DNA from: Camelus ferus
Lineage: Eukaryota
Length of the DNA: 64,000 bases
Assembly (NCBI RefSeq): GCF_009834535.1
Contig: NC_045696.1
Coordinates: forward strand, 72,604,001 to 72,668,000
Direction of reading: 5' to 3'
Below, piece by piece: positions 32,386-47,300 of the stretch (within the stretch, counting starts at the first letter, position 1; every line of letters starts with the position of its first letter). Below the pieces are notes generated by a model that saw only the letters and a program-made list of their open reading frames with translations, searched no databases and had not been told where the DNA came from. A program made the translations under genes and the position numbers.

Positions 32386-34986
32386 TTAAGTAACAGCCCA
32401 ATACAAGGAAAAAAATAGGTGACGCTATATACTTCATATTGCATTTAAGAGACACACAGTTATTTTTAGTGATGCCAAGATTAATCACAAAAAACATAAA
32501 AATTTTAGTTATACTTTTTAATTTAAAAAAAAAATCTGAGTGAGAGCCTGGTGAGAATTCCAAGATCAGAGACACCTTTTGGAGACAGTTCAATTTTTTT
32601 TTTCCTCAAAATCAAACCTAGCCCTCTGAAAATGAAAAGGTTGTTCTTACTCTTTTGTGAGAAAGAAGGGCAATTTGGTGGGAATGGATGAACTAGAAAG
32701 AAAATCTCATGTAAAAGGAGGGAATAAAGAGATGCTGATCCAGAAAGATGAGAAATTTAGGAAAGACTGAGGAAAAATGTTCCCGGGACCCTCCACCCAC
32801 AAAATCACAAGGCAATAAAATGTGCTTTGGGGAGAGAAGAGGGGTGGGGAGCCAGGCTGGTGGAGATCTGCTGTGATGAGCAGTATCTCCCTGCGGAGAG
32901 GTCTCCCAGTGCAGGGCCCTTTGCTGACACCTGCTCAGTGCCCAGCCACACCTGCCACACCCTGGACCTCAGGGCCAAAACTGAGCCTGAAGAGGGAACA
33001 GCAGTGCTCAGTTCTAGCAGCTGCACAGCACTCAGCGCTCCTCAGGACAGGGGCCCGTGTGTCTCCTGCTTAGACGGGAGCGTCTGAAAGCTCACTGAAG
33101 GGTTTTGTCCTCATATTTCCCAGAGGGATTATTGCTTCATTGACGGTGATTTAATCATGCCATGTAATGAAACAACATCCATACAAAAAGAAATGTTGGC
33201 ATCACCCAGAGGGCTGAGCCTTCTGAATTTGAATTATTTATAATGGTGGGTCTGACTTTGAGAAAACCTGAGGTACAGAATCCTAAAAGCTAAAAACTGT
33301 TTATACACGGCAGACTGTGGGGAAGGTTCACATTCATGTTGCAAAAGGATGTTTCACTTTATAAAAATGGTTCACCACAGATTTCCTTAGATCATCCCCC
33401 CCCCCCCCCATCGGTTACAGGACGAATAATCAGTCCCTTCTCAGCCAGCCGGCGAGAACACAGGCCATGCATCACACAGGCACATTTCCAGAGATGGGAT
33501 GGGATTTATGTTTTCTTTGTGATGTGTACACTATATTATGAAGTCTTCTTTCCATTAAGTATTCCAGAGCCTTAAATCTATAATCTTGCAGAAGTTCTCC
33601 TTCAGGAAAGGGATGGAAGAATGATTATTAAAACATGTATTGAATGAAAACATGCTCTATCTTAATGATAAACCATAAATCAAGTTAAAAGGATATTGTC
33701 TCACCAGAAACCACATTATTGAAATATGATAATTCTCTGTGGCCTCCTATGACTTGAATCATTTAATCTATTTATTTATTCATTTATACCCTAACCCCAA
33801 AATATATTTGAAAATGTATGTACAAAATACATGGAATTCCAAAGGATAAAATAGAGAGATGGGTAAGTCAAGATAGAAGGAATGTATGGATATGAAAATA
33901 AAACCAGGGCCAAGGCTAACACATGCCATTATGTCCTGTCCAGTACTAGAGGCAGGAGCAGACTTAGCCCTGAGCTCACAACAAAACCTCGCTCAGGAGA
34001 AACTTCTCCAGTGGACCCTCATAAAGAGGCAAGGTGAGATGAAAAAGACTTTTCCCATCTCTACCTCAGATGGTGAGTTCACTTAGTTGCTTCTCATGGT
34101 GCCTCTCAGTGCCTGGCTAAGGCCAAATTTAGTAAATTCAATAAAAGCAATTGTCTAAGGAACTCCCACTCCCAAAGTCAAAGTGCGATCTGACCTAAGC
34201 ATGTAGCCTTTGTGACAATGGCTTGCTTTAGAGAAATGTATGGGCAGCAATCCTTCAGATTGTCCTCCTCGAATATATTTCCTAATTGTGTATTTTTCAA
34301 GAGATGGACAGTAGAGAGTTTAAGGTCATAGTCTCTGGTAACAAGTGCAGTAACAATTCAGCTTTTATTGAGCAATTACTATGTGCCAGAATTTCTAAGC
34401 ACTTTACATGTATTATTTACTCCTCAGGACGATGCTATGAGGCTATTCTCATTTCTAACAGATGAGATAAAGAGGCATGGGAAGCTAAAACTTGAACAGC
34501 TGCTAAGTATTAGGGAATAAAAATGGGGCAGTCTGACTTCACTGTGTTATACTGATTTTAGGAATGTGGCTCTGATAGGTCACCAGTGTAGGTCAGAGTG
34601 CAGAGAAGGAAAGATTTGGCTCCTGTCTCCCCAAACTCAGAAATCTGATCAGGTCAAATGCCTGAATATGTGCATCTCACCTCTGCATGTTGTGACTTTG
34701 TCCACTTTTTAACAGCCTCAAAAACAGTAGTATAGGTCCAGAAGGATATGTACAAGGAAAAGATAGCCACTCACCTTCTACAGGATACCTTTCTAGGGCA
34801 TAGGAAAACACATCTCTTCCCAATCAGAAGAGTCTCCCCAGGTCTGTCATCCAGTCTGATATATTTTAGAGCATTTCAGGGTAACCTAAAAGTGCAGTGA
34901 GAAGCCTGCTTAAGTGAATTGACCTTGGTATGCATCAAGTGCTTTACCTTTGTCTTTAGTTCACTGAAAAGCCTTGGAGTCCTAAG

Positions 34987-35172
34987 CCAATAGTTCTTAA
35001 AGTCTGGCCCCTGGACTGGTAGCATCAACATATCCTGAGAACTTACTAGAAATGTCAATTCAGGGGCCCCACCCAGACCTACTGTTTCAGAAACATTGGC
35101 AGAACCCAGCAATCTGGGTTTGAACATGTCCTCCGGGTGACTGATGCACCCTAATGTCTGAGACCTGCTGCC
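34987..35172. mobile_element. MER5A-like DNA transposon
   Basis: TAGTTCTTAAAGTCTGGCCCCTGGACTGGTAGCATCAACATATCCTGAGAACTTACTAGAAATG...CCCAGACCTACTG..TCAGAAAC...CCCAGCAATCTGGGTTTGAACA...CCGGGTGACTGATGCAC...TGAGACCTGCTG. Confidence 0.85.
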
Positions 35173-35239
35173 CTAAACCACTGTGGCAGAAGGAGCTAAG
35201 GCAGGACATGGCTTTTACCTCTCAAGAGGTAATAGTATG

Positions 35240-35420
35240 TTGGAATTGGAAGGACCCTTGGCTGTGACCTCCCAGAACCACTTCCCTCTCTCACAGATGA
35301 GAAAACTGAGGCTCAGGGAAGTAGAGTGATTTGCTTGAGGTCACACAGCAAGTTAGTAGACAAAAAGGGCTTGAACTCAATTTTCTTGACTCCAGGCCTG
35401 AAGTTTTTCCTCTGGTACCA
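35240..35420 (-). mobile_element. MIR/MIR3 SINE
   Basis: GGAATTGGAAGGACCCTTGG...CACAGATGAGAAAACTGAGGCTCAGGGAAG...TTGCTTGAGGTCACACAGCAAGTTAGT...CTTGAACTCA. Confidence 0.8.
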
Positions 35421-38400
35421 ATTCTTATTTGTCTTCTGACAGTTATATTACCTTCCATGGTGATTTTTCTCTCACTCTTTTCTGCAGTGTCTCCATGGGC
35501 AGAACCTTATAAAAGTGGTCACTGCATTCACTCCCCTGAATCTCTCTCATCCTGACGTGGGACCCAGCTAGGAAGGTGAGTGAGCAGATACTATTATGGG
35601 GGAGTCACCCTCCCATGCAATCCTGTTCTGTGTACATTGAAAGTGCTTCAGCCCAGTGAATCCTCTTAGAATTCCTGACACTCAGGTTTTTGAGAGCTGG
35701 TAGAAGAACTTACTTACGGTCCATCTCTGAAGAACCCTGGGATGAGCTGTCAGATCATTAGTTTAGACGGATCATCAGGGAAAGCAAAAGTCCTAAATGG
35801 AGTCTTTTTGTTAGAGTTTTGAGTTTTCCAAAACTTTTGAACACATAGAAACCTGAGAAGGCAAGTTACTTAACTTTCCTGTGCCTCAGTCTCCCTGTCT
35901 AAAATAATGCCTCACTTAGAGTAACGTTATACAAATTAGGTAAAATGATGTACACCAAGCCCAGGGCCTCACATAAAGTAGATGCCTAACAACCATTAGT
36001 TCATTCTCCCTCCTTTCTTCCTGGTCTCGTTGGTCTTAATGTCTGACAGGTGACCGGGAGTACCATGTAATTACCAAAGACAAACATAAGAGCCGTTCAT
36101 CTTGCTCCGTAAGATATCGCTGGCTGATGTCTCCTTCATTTTCCCCTGTGGTTGTCCTGAGGGATTTGCTCTGTTTTGTATTAATTGGATTCATACGCCC
36201 TAACCTTTGCTTCATCACTTTCCTTCCTGGGACAGGGAAAGCCAGATGACGGGCCCTACCAAAGGAAAACATGTCATATGCTTGGCTTCAGGAGAGTGGA
36301 CATAAAGGGACTGATGCTGTGTTATGCTCTTGGGGTACATCAGTAATTTTTAGGCCAGTAATTTAGGTTGACATTGAAAAAAGGAATCTTGATCACGTAT
36401 GATTTTCCAATGGCATGTTTAGGGCACTAGTGAAATTGAGGATAAAAACAGTCCCTTGAAATGTGTTATGGTTGCTCAAGTTATGTAAAATTCAAGCATG
36501 GATTTCATATGTTTAAAAAGAGCATATACTTTAAAACTGTAGAAACTGAGCTTTAGGCTGGTTTGGTGTACCAAGCTTGCCTTTCTGAAAAGCCTGTCTC
36601 TGAATCGTCACCTGTGATTTCACTTACCTTCTGACTGCTTGCTTTGCTGGTACCACAGATGCCATTTTTCTGTAAAACAACATTGCCCAGAGTCTGTCTT
36701 CTCACCATCGGGGCAGGCTACCTGACCTGCAAACCCAATTCTTCAACCATCATCAGTGTTACTTAATATTCACCATGATAATCAGTAGAATTAGGAAGTA
36801 ATAAAGTATTCATAACAAACTACAGAGGTTTGTGGGAACATACTCTGATTCCCCACTGAATGTCCTAGAATGCTTTTGGAAGATTGAGACAATAGTCCAA
36901 CTGCCTTGCAATACTTCTTGGAAGTAGCTGTTTGTTTTGTTTTGCTGCTGTTTTGAAATATCCTAAAAATGTTTTGAAGTATATACGTCCACTACACTGT
37001 GCACTAGTTTGGTTGTTTACAAGTTGACACTCTCTATCCAAACACTGGGTCATACTCTGAAAGTTAGTCTTGTCACTTTCCTATGAAAATATACTTCTCA
37101 AATTAAAATATAATTGACAAAAAGGTAATAGAAATGGATGGTCATTCAACCCCAAGAGACGATGGGAAAAGAAAATCACCTTTGCGAGGGTTAACTTTCT
37201 CAGAATCAGATATTGGTCCAAGCTACAGTTTCATGTCCCCCACTCGGCTGCCAGAAGGGCAGTGAGAGAGGTAAGGGCGATGCTGGAGATAATTGGTGGT
37301 TTCTCATGCAGTTCTGTTTACCTCGGAGAATGGCTCAGATTCATGGGGTAGCTCATCTGTTTGTTTCCCAGGAGTGTCCTCCTCATCAGGTACAAACGAC
37401 TTGTTGTTCCCCCCGTCCCGGCTGCCTCCTTGGTGACGGATAGACGAGAACTGTTCCCTGTGCTCTGGGACTCTAATGTGATCTGGGTCGTGCTGGTGGC
37501 AGGAGGGGAGGGGTGGGGGGCAACGAGGGGAACAAGGGGAAGTTAACACTAGGGGAACTACAGTCTTTCTTGGAAAAGAAAGTGTGTTTGTGTTCTAGGG
37601 CGAGTGCCCTTCTCTCGCAGCTGCTATAATATTGATCTAGCCGTGATTCAGGATTCGATGTTAACATCACCTCGTCAGTGGGAAAGTGAGCCAGGAAAAT
37701 GGAGAACTCAGTATTTCTTCTGATGAAACAACTCAAAGAAACTAAATATTACAGGGAGGGTGGGGGAAGGAACGCCACTATGAGTCTCACGGCAGATACG
37801 GGAGCCTTGAAATGAATAGCAATACCTCTGGCTTTCATAGCTCCCCTGCAACCAAGGGGCTTGAAGCTCGATTGTACATTAGTCAAAATTGCCCTGTCAG
37901 GGGAGGCGATCTCAGGATACATACTAAGCAGGAGGAAATTGAGGCAGGAAGATTAGCAGCTTACCCAAATTCCCATGCCGATACCGTTGGCAGAGCAGGG
38001 AACTCACAACGCCCCGTTGATCCGTGACCTGTGGGTTGGACAGATGGCCACCCCAGGGAGCTTGTGGGACTCTCTAAGAGCTCGTGGTGCTCAGCCCTCA
38101 AGCAGTTCCATTATTTACTTATTAGCATGCCTTGAATGTCCACCACTAGCAAGACAAGTGTTTGAACAAGTTACTATATCTCTACAAGAACCCCCTTTAA
38201 AGACTCTACTAATAACCACGTGCTTTGAGTGTCTACTATGTGTTGCCTAAGCACTTTTTATACAATATTTCTAATCCTTAAAATAACCCCGCCAGGTAAG
38301 TATTAGTATCTCAACATTAAGAAGCAACTGAGGACCATTTGAGTTCACGGAACTTGCTCAAGGAGGAAAGTGAAGCTCAGAGAACTTAAGTAATTTGTTC

Positions 38401-41072
38401 TAGGTCACACAGTGCAGAAGTGCTGGAGCCCCAAACTGAGGGCTGTGAGGTTGCAAAGCTTGTGCTCTTCTGTGGAGCCCTGCTTCCTCTTTTAACCTTT
38501 TCCACGGGAAACTTAAGCCAGCTGCCCCCAGATTCAGAGAGAAGGGGAGAGAGGCAGGTGGTAGGTTTTAGGGAACTGGTGGAAGAAAAGAGGGGAGGTG
38601 GCCTAACTGTAATCGTGCCTGGACCTGCCCAGTTTCCTTTAGGTGAGTGTGTCACGGCCCGATGCTGCAGCTCAGCTTCTAAGACACCTGCCCACTCCCT
38701 CCATGTCACAGTCCCCTCATCACAGCCCCTCTAGGCAGATGGACGTGATTGTAACCAACTTTATTACACACACTGGTGCACCTTTTCACACTTAATGGTG
38801 GCTCCTTAGCTGTCATTCCCTTGCTGTCTAGACCAGGAGCTGCTCCAGGCCAGGACTGTGTTCTCTTTACATCTGAGCTGCCATGACGGTGTCTTGAAAC
38901 ACATAAATGTTCATATGAAAGGATAATTAGAGGAGACTTGCTGTCTTCATCATCATCATGGCCTGTAGGAAATGAAAAATTTGCTGTTGAGGTAAGAAGT
39001 AGTGGGACCTCACATCTAAATGTAATCATCTAAAAGATAATTATTAGTAGCCTACTATAAGCAAGGTATCGTAGGAAACACGAAGATTTGGAAAAGTCTT
39101 TGGTGGCATTTGCAATCTAGTTAAGGGAACAGAAAAATTAAGAACAAAAATATAATAGAAATTAGGATGCCTAAGAGCAGAATTCAATGAATTCTATAAT
39201 GCTGGTTCAAAGATAGCATGGTAGAGAAATCGGTTGAGTCAGTATGAGAAGTGCTTAATAGAGAAGAGGATATATACAACCTTGGCTTTCAGGGATAAGT
39301 AGACAGAGGACAGGGATCGCTGGGAGGGAGCTATTCTGGTCAACAGAAGAAAGGTCAATCAGAGGCGACTTTGTTTAGAGGCATGGCAAATGAAAAAAAT
39401 ACACTTGGAGGATAGACTCCATGGAGAGATGTGGCAGCAGATGGGAGAGAAAAATAGTTTATGGAGAGCCTAAACTTTACTTTAGCGGAAGAGGGGAGCC
39501 AGTGAAGATTTTTGAGGAGGAAAGCAACATGATCAGACTTGTGTTTCAGAGCCACCCTGGAGATGATATGGAAAGGAAATTGCTCTGTGAAAGCAGGCAG
39601 AGTGGTTTCTTGACTGTTTTCTTTGATCCTCGGGTAAGAGTCCTTTGCAACATTTACTTTGCAGAGGCCATAAAACCACATCAAAATGAATCGTGCACTA
39701 TCGTCCTCTACGTTTCTGGTTCCAGTGGACCTGATGCAATGCTAAAGTTTACTGAAATTTCAGGTAATCAGAGCGGGAGGGAAATCATTTTAGCAAACAC
39801 AGGCCATTTGTGTGGAACCCCAGATCAGCTCACAATCAAAGTCTGTGTCAAGGAGAGAGAGAAGCATCACCGAGCAGGTTGTGGAGGGCTCTCCTATTTC
39901 CAGGGCAAAGTGGCAAGCCAAGTAGGGGGTCCATTTTGTCTCACCCAGGATAGTTAGGACTTGAGACACCTTCTGCCGTGAATCTTGGTACCTTGTCCCC
40001 AGGAGCACCTCGCCCGTTTGGGTAGTTTGTGTTTTTGTTCCATCTGGCATAATGCTGCCGAGCACTTAGAGGCACATTTTCCGCACAGTGTGTAGGGATT
40101 TAGTGGTACAACTCCCATTCATGTTAATGGAAATCCTGCCAGGAAATCTCCATCTGGGCCACACTGAAAATTCACCCCTGATTGTTCTGTTTGATTTGTT
40201 TCACCTGTGTCTTCCTCTGCTCTGCTCTGAGGATGTCTGCGGGCTCGTTAGTGCCAGCCTGAGCTCCGCACTGAGTCTTAATCCCACATCGAAGTGAGGA
40301 GGCTCACAGGTGTCTTTATTGCTGAAGGAAAGGGAGTGCCTGGTGGATTTAGAGCGGTTTTATTTGAAGCTATAGTGGTTCTAAGAAAGCCAGTGATCCC
40401 CTGGATGTTGCTCTTAGGACAGATACACGCTTGTATTCAAAGGTAAATTTTGTTGTGTTCAGAACAGGAGTGAGGGAAAGGGAATAAATCCCCAATATGC
40501 CTAGGAAGCCCCTGGAGCCACCCCTCCAGGGGTACAGGGGACAGTGGAGTCCAGTCCTGAGAAGACACAGGCTGGTTGAGTAACCATGCATGGAAAGTGC
40601 CTGGTGAAATGGGGTCAACCATCTCACCCCGACATATGCTCAGAGTTATCATCCTTCTCACATGTTGGACCACATATTCACTTTTGAGGGTAGCAAAGAT
40701 TTACGTGGTTTCTATAATTTAATAGTGTCTTTCAGAGTGGCTTGATTTGCTCTTGCCCGCTTAGGTACCACGACATGGTGATTATTGGACTTTTCTCTTC
40801 ATGATGTTGGAACATGGTGGCTGCTCTAGCACCAGGACTCAGCTGACATGCTGTTTCTGTCTTTGGCCACTGTCACATGTCTGTCTAATGTCCATGATGA
40901 TCTGAGCACCCCTTGTCTTTATGTCCTTTCCATGAGCTCTTGTGTACTGGCAATTAAGTGAGACTTAAACATATGAACTCCAACATTTCCCTTAGGATCT
41001 CAGTGCTGTATATTTGGGAAACTCGACTTCAGATTCAGGAGAGAACTTTGCCTTACAGCTCCCTCACCACCT

Positions 41073-41320
41073 AACAATGTGATTAAGACTATGGACTCTG
41101 GAGTCAAATTGCCAGGGCTGCTATCCACTGTGTGCCCATAAACAAAGCATTCAGTGTCTCCAAGTCATGATTTGCTTCTCTGTAAAATATAGATAATAAT
41201 GGTGGTATGAAGTCGGCACTAGACTAGAACTTAAATGAGACAATCCATGCAAAGAACTTAGTACTGTGTCTCCTTCATAAGAAGAGTTCAAAAAGTGATT
41301 GCTATTATTAATTATTATTC
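41073..41320 (+). mobile_element. MIR SINE, near full length
   Basis: GTGATTAAGACTATGGACTCTGGAGTCAAATTGCCAGGG...CTGTAAAATATAGATAATAATGG...TTAAATGAGACAATCCATGCAAAGAACTTAG...GCTATTATT. Confidence 0.75.
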
Positions 41321-44300
41321 CTGCAACTGCAAATCATGGTGTGGCTATTTTATGTATAGAAGCAGAAACAATTTAAAGAAGACTTTGAGTATGCTACTTT
41401 TCATTCTGTAGCATCTTCTTCTTGACATAATGTGTTCTTAGAAAGTAATCTTTACAGTTTAGCTGTAATGGTAATAATAGTAGTAATACTAAGGCGGCAT
41501 TGTACATGTGTAACACTCTATGGTTTACTCCCAGCAACCATACGAGGTAGGCAATGATGATACATTCTCCTCACTTCCCAGTTTGGGAAACTGAGTCACA
41601 GAATGGTAAAAGGCTTCCTAAATGCACAGAGCTAGTATGGGATGTGACCAAGACAATCTCAATTTTTATTTCTCTAAATATGGTGTATTGTATACTTGCA
41701 AGGGAAACACAAAATGGAAAGAAAAAAATAATAAGGTTTTCTGAGCAAAGAAAGTGGGAGGGGAAAAAAAATCTGAGCCAGCTGATGTAATTCACTATCA
41801 AAAGAAGCCAGACAGCATTGTTCTGATGCCCTTGCAAAGCCAGTGATCTTGGACCTGTAGGTGTTTAATTGGAAATGATTTGGAAAAACACAATTCTCAT
41901 TCTGCAGTAGCAACTTGTTCCCTTTAGGGTAATTTCACTCTTAAGTGATCTCAAATTCCACCAAAAAGATATAAGCAAGAATATCATACCACAGCCTTCC
42001 CAAGGAGTAGCATCTCATCTGCATTTTTATCATCATGAATTATTTATTAAACAAATTGCCTGTAGGGGCACGCAAAAAAAAAAATTAATAAATAAACCAA
42101 CTGTCCGAACAGACAGTGAAAATATCCTAGAACTCATCTTTGTCTCTGCAAGTTAATAATCTAATGTAATTCCACAAAAATAAATACATATACAAACAAA
42201 ATAACATGAAGCCAAGTGGGTCAACGATAAGCGAGTGATGCTATATAATTGAGAGTCTCTGGATCTCTGTTATGGATTTTATTTTTCATGCCAAGTTTTA
42301 GTCTGAATGAGTTTCTGACCTGAGAGGAAAAGCAACAAATGGTGTGGAGACTGCTTATTTTTTCAGCCTCTTGAGGGCTGGTCTGAACTCTTACTTCGCC
42401 TTGTACCTCAAGCACTTGTAGAGTTGACACATACTAGATTGTGGGTAAACGACATTGGGTAAATCAGGTGAGATAACACGATAGGTACACAGTTAGTTGG
42501 AGCTATATTGGCAGAGGGGCAATTTCTAAAACATCCAGAAAGGCTTCACAGAAGAGGCGACTAAGTTAAACAAAGGAGCTGGGCCACCACGGCTCTCCTG
42601 GTGAGCCTCCGTGGAAGGCTGCCATACAGTCTAACCTCTTAACTTGCTGGGGAAAAGAAAAGTATGAATGTCCCTACTACTCATTCTCACAGGAAGAATA
42701 GAATTTTTTTAAAATTTCTACTAAAAAAATCAATCAAGTTTTATTTTTAATAGGATTATTACCTAGTGTAGCAACATGTGAAAAGCTCACTTTATTTTGT
42801 TATATCTAGTCAAGCATGTAACAGAAAGTCCAGTTTGTAGATTTATTTACCAACAGACTAGTTCTTTGGCTTCCACTGATCTTAGATGTGAGAGGAATGA
42901 GAGAACCTTAGACTGATCCCTGCATAAGAAAGCCAAAAAGAATTTCTCTCACAAGGATTGTTCACCTCACTTAACTCTTTACTTCCTGCTTCAGAAAGCC
43001 ATTCAAATGAAAACTTTCATTGAAAATAAGCAAAAGACACACTGTCTCCTCAAAAATCCCCCTAATCTAGAGTTTGAGGGCTCCTCAGTGTTCCAGAATC
43101 CCATGTTCCCTTTTTCCTTATTTCCTCCTGAAGAGTTTTGATTCATTTCTAAGAAACATTATCTCCTCTCCTTCAATGAATGTCTGTATGTCATGCTTTC
43201 TCTTTGGATGCCATGTCTTAACTGTAACTACACTCAGAACCAGCTTGGCCAAGTTGGCTGATTTAGTGGTTACTGGGCAGAAGAATCCTGCTAACTTGCA
43301 TGCCAGCTCAGACACAACAAGGAGGTGGTCAGGGGGTCCTTGATGGCTCATGTTGTGAGGTAAGGTTGTTTAAGCATCATTTGGAATGGAAATAGGATTC
43401 CCAGGAAATCTCATGAAAATTAGATGGTCTTTTGTTAGATCTTGATCTTGTTTCAAAAGTCTCTATAAGATTGGAGAATGTGCTTTTTAACAAATGTGTA
43501 TGCTTTCTCTTCCCGGTGTATGGTGCCCCATTGAGGTGAGAAGTTCATCATTTTGCATGTATACATTCACTTACAAGAATTCCAAACCTTTCAGTGCTCC
43601 CTCCAGCAGGAAAAATAGTCCTCAAGGAGATTTTGCTATTGTCTCCAGTGTTTTAATTTGGTTTCTTTAATAAATATTAAATTTACACATAATAGAGGGA
43701 TGAGGTTCAGGACAGATAAATAACCAAAGTTCAAGAAGAAAGTGGTACAAACACAGAGGTTATGGGGTAACGTGCACAACCTATCACCCAGTTAAAGCTG
43801 TGTTTTAATGTTTGTGTTACTTTGTGGCGGTTGTTGGGGCTGTTTGTTTTGTGGCAACAATATTGCAGATATGATGTGCTTTGTGTTACTTTTATTTTTT
43901 CCAGTTGCTAATGGCTTGGGAATCTAGGGCAGCCATACAAACTTTTGAATCGTATTGGATGTTTTTATATATTAAACTTTAAATCAGAAATTGAACCAAT
44001 TTGGAGAAATATGGCCGACACCATAGATCTCTTTGACATAACTAGAGTTTCTTATTTCTTCAGTTATGACATCACTATCCTTTATCTCTGAATAATGTGG
44101 GAAGTGAGCCTTAATCTTAACAGAGGACATGTGAAAATGAAAGATTGAAAACTTACCCACCCATTAAGGGTGTCGCTTTCTCCCATAACTGATAGTTGAA
44201 TCCTTAATCTCTACTAAGTAACTACTTTTATGTTATTTGATTTAATCTTTATAATAATCCTAAAAGGAGATACTATTATTTTGCATTTAACAAATAATCT

Positions 44301-47300
44301 AGATATATTAAATAATTTACCAAAGGCCACGCAGATCAGAAGTGACAGGTTGCAGGAGTCAAGCCTGGACAGTCTGAGTCCAGAGCCCTCCAGCTTAGCT
44401 GCTTTGCTGTGTCTCTGCTTTCTGTTGGTATTTCATTCTCCACCAGCCGTTACATACTAGTCTTCAACATGCTTAAGTGTTAGCAGATCTGTGATTTCCA
44501 CTAGATTTTAAGTATTTTGAGTCTAAGGGTTATTTCCTTAAGCAAAGGTGTAATACCACAGTTCTTTGAATATAGTAGGTGCTCAATAAATTCTTATTAA
44601 GTTGAAACTAGTCCTTAATGCTCCTTGTAATCTATATGTTCTCAACATGCGGCTAAATTAGGTCCAAGTTCTTTCTCGAGTTCCCAGTCAGTTCTTTAAA
44701 CTGCCCACTGGACATCTCCAACTGAAGTTCCGGCAGCTTGTGCCTCCGGCGTAACTTATCCCAGATCCCATTTAGCATCCTCACCTTTCCCTTTCCCCAT
44801 ATTCATTCTCTTCTGTATTATCTGACTGTTTACAGCACCCCCATCCACCATATGCCCAACTAAAAACTCAGGAGACATTCTCCACATCGCCGTTGCCAAC
44901 ACGTTTTCCCCATCATTTGGGAAAAACGAAGCCTTTTAGAAAAGCTATCACACATTTTATCACATTTTAATACTCATCCTTTCCTTTAAAATACATGTAT
45001 TGAGCACCTGCTCTGTGCCAGGTGCTTTTTTCTAGGGACACAGAGATGGATAATATGAGGCCATCCTCTGAGAAGACCTAGTGACAAGGAAAGGGGATGG
45101 ATATAAAGATGGATTATAGTTACTTATTTCTGTTACCCTAGAGAGAAAATAACTTCTTGAAAGCAGGATTTTAAAAAATCTCTGACGTCTAGTGTGGTAC
45201 CTGACACATAGTAGGTAACATATATAAAGTTTTAAATAATAAATGAATTAATCGATGTACTACCTGTATGGTATATTATGGATTCCTTCCTTTGTGCATT
45301 CCATGATATGGCCTGATACTTGCTCCCATCTAATTCTTGTTGGACTCTGGTTTATTCTATGGTGAGTTGTTGGATATCATCTCTCAACCTAAATTATAAG
45401 CTCTCTGAGTCAAGGGATTGGATCTGTAACCCACGCAGTTCAGTGCAGTGTTTCAGGGCCAACAGATACTCAATATGTATTGATCTGTCATAGACAGTAT
45501 GGGAGTTATGGGACACTCTAAACGTTTTTCCTTTAAATTGTATTTTGTGCTATGTCTCAGTCATGGGTCATTAACAGGTTGGTCTTCAGGGTTTCCACCT
45601 AGGTTATTTTATTATAGAATTGAGGTTAGGAAACAGCCAGTTTAGGACAGGATCGCTGACTGAGTTGAGAAAAGGGCCACATGCTTCTTCTGAGTCGGGA
45701 TTGGAGCCCCATTTAGTTAAGTGGTAGGTAAACAGTAAGTGGAACACAAGGAAAAGCTGGATGGTGTCTGCCAGACCTGTACCTTTGCAGCTCAGATTTG
45801 CTGCAGCCTCACACATGTATGAGACAGTGAAGAGGGAACAATCAAGTTAATTTATTTATTTACTACCAGAGTCAGTGAGATGTCCCTCACCCCCCACCTC
45901 CTTAAGCAGTTAAAACGAATAGCACAGTAGAGAGAGAGTCGCAAACACTGGTTCCTTATAAAAGAATATGTGAACTGGTTCTGATAACTCCAATGGCTAC
46001 CTGACATACATTCTTCCTACAGTGTTTTAACAAGCTGGACTATTTTTAGGGAAATTCTTTGCCTTGAACTAAATTTATGGCCTTAAAGTCTTCTCGTCTA
46101 TTTTTCGTGTGTGCATGCTCCAACAGTTCAATTTATAACTGACACCTTTACTACCTACCAGCATATCGGTTTCATCTCTGAGAGGAAGAGAAAACCAGAC
46201 CCTGTGACTAGTGAACTGGGTTGAAAATCTAGTCTAATGCTGACAGATAAATGCACTAATTTTCCTCTGTGACCGGTTCTGCATTGCAGGGTGAGCCTGC
46301 TTCTAACAACTCCCTCAAAAGGCTCTGTAACCCGTCCAAAAGATGATGTCAAGTGCTACAAGGACCCAGGTCAGCCCTGCATCATAGGTAACAGTTACCC
46401 CAGTGATAAAGTTACCAGGCAGGTTTTGAATGAGATTGTGTTTTTAAGTGAAAGACTGGCTGGAAATGTAGTCTTGGACCACGTATTAATAGGGGAAAAT
46501 TTGAGACAAACAGAGGCCAGCATTTGGTTTCTTTGTGATGTTCAGCAAAGGTCAGGGAAGGCTCTAATACAGAAGGAACCCAAGTTTCAATGAGGAGTAC
46601 TGGTGTTCCACTAATATGTGAGCATGTAGCCTAGACAAAGTGAACTCTGGGTGTAGCCAAGAGCAGTTTTTGTGACATGGAAGCCCCAGTCATTCAACTG
46701 GAACTAGTCTCTTAATTTGGATAAATCCCTGAGTAGTGGGAGACCTGCTGAGTGTCTTGTTTAATTTTATTCTAAGGAAGAAATACTACTCCTCCACCCC
46801 CATGCCAACTGTTTAGGTCAAATGGGGAGGGAAGACATAAACAGCAGGCATGGAACCCGTCAGATAGCCTTAGAGATTAGCTGTATAATTTTCCTCCTTG
46901 ACCACTAGAGTCATGGCTGTGAAGGCAGCCCATGAATGGACCAGAGCCCAAATGGCAACCATGTTCCCATTATCCATCTGTTGCATTTCTTCACAAAGGT
47001 TGAAGTGCAAGATTGATTGTGCATATCTGACAATGTGAAGTACCTCTGAGCAAAGAAACTAGAAACAGTTTCTCACTCTGGACAAAAGATAGAAGACATA
47101 CATTCAGAAGATAAATGGTGAAAATCCAGGCAGTAAGTACATAGAAGACACTTGTGTTCTTAAAAATATGAAAAGGAAGAAGGAGAAGGAGAAGAAGGAA
47201 AAGTATTGAGAGACCTGGAATTCGAAATATATGGGTTTAAAGTACCTATACAAGTTGACTTAGGAAAAATAAAGCTCTCTTTAAAGCAAACACAGCCAGT

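Noticed and set aside
39421..39957. 178-aa plus-strand ATG ORF
   Set aside because: Its 5' part overlaps an antisense L2-like remnant (GGGGAGCCAGTGAAGATTTTTGAGGAGGAAAGCAACATGATCAGACTTGTGTTTCAGA), and I see no protein-family resemblance.
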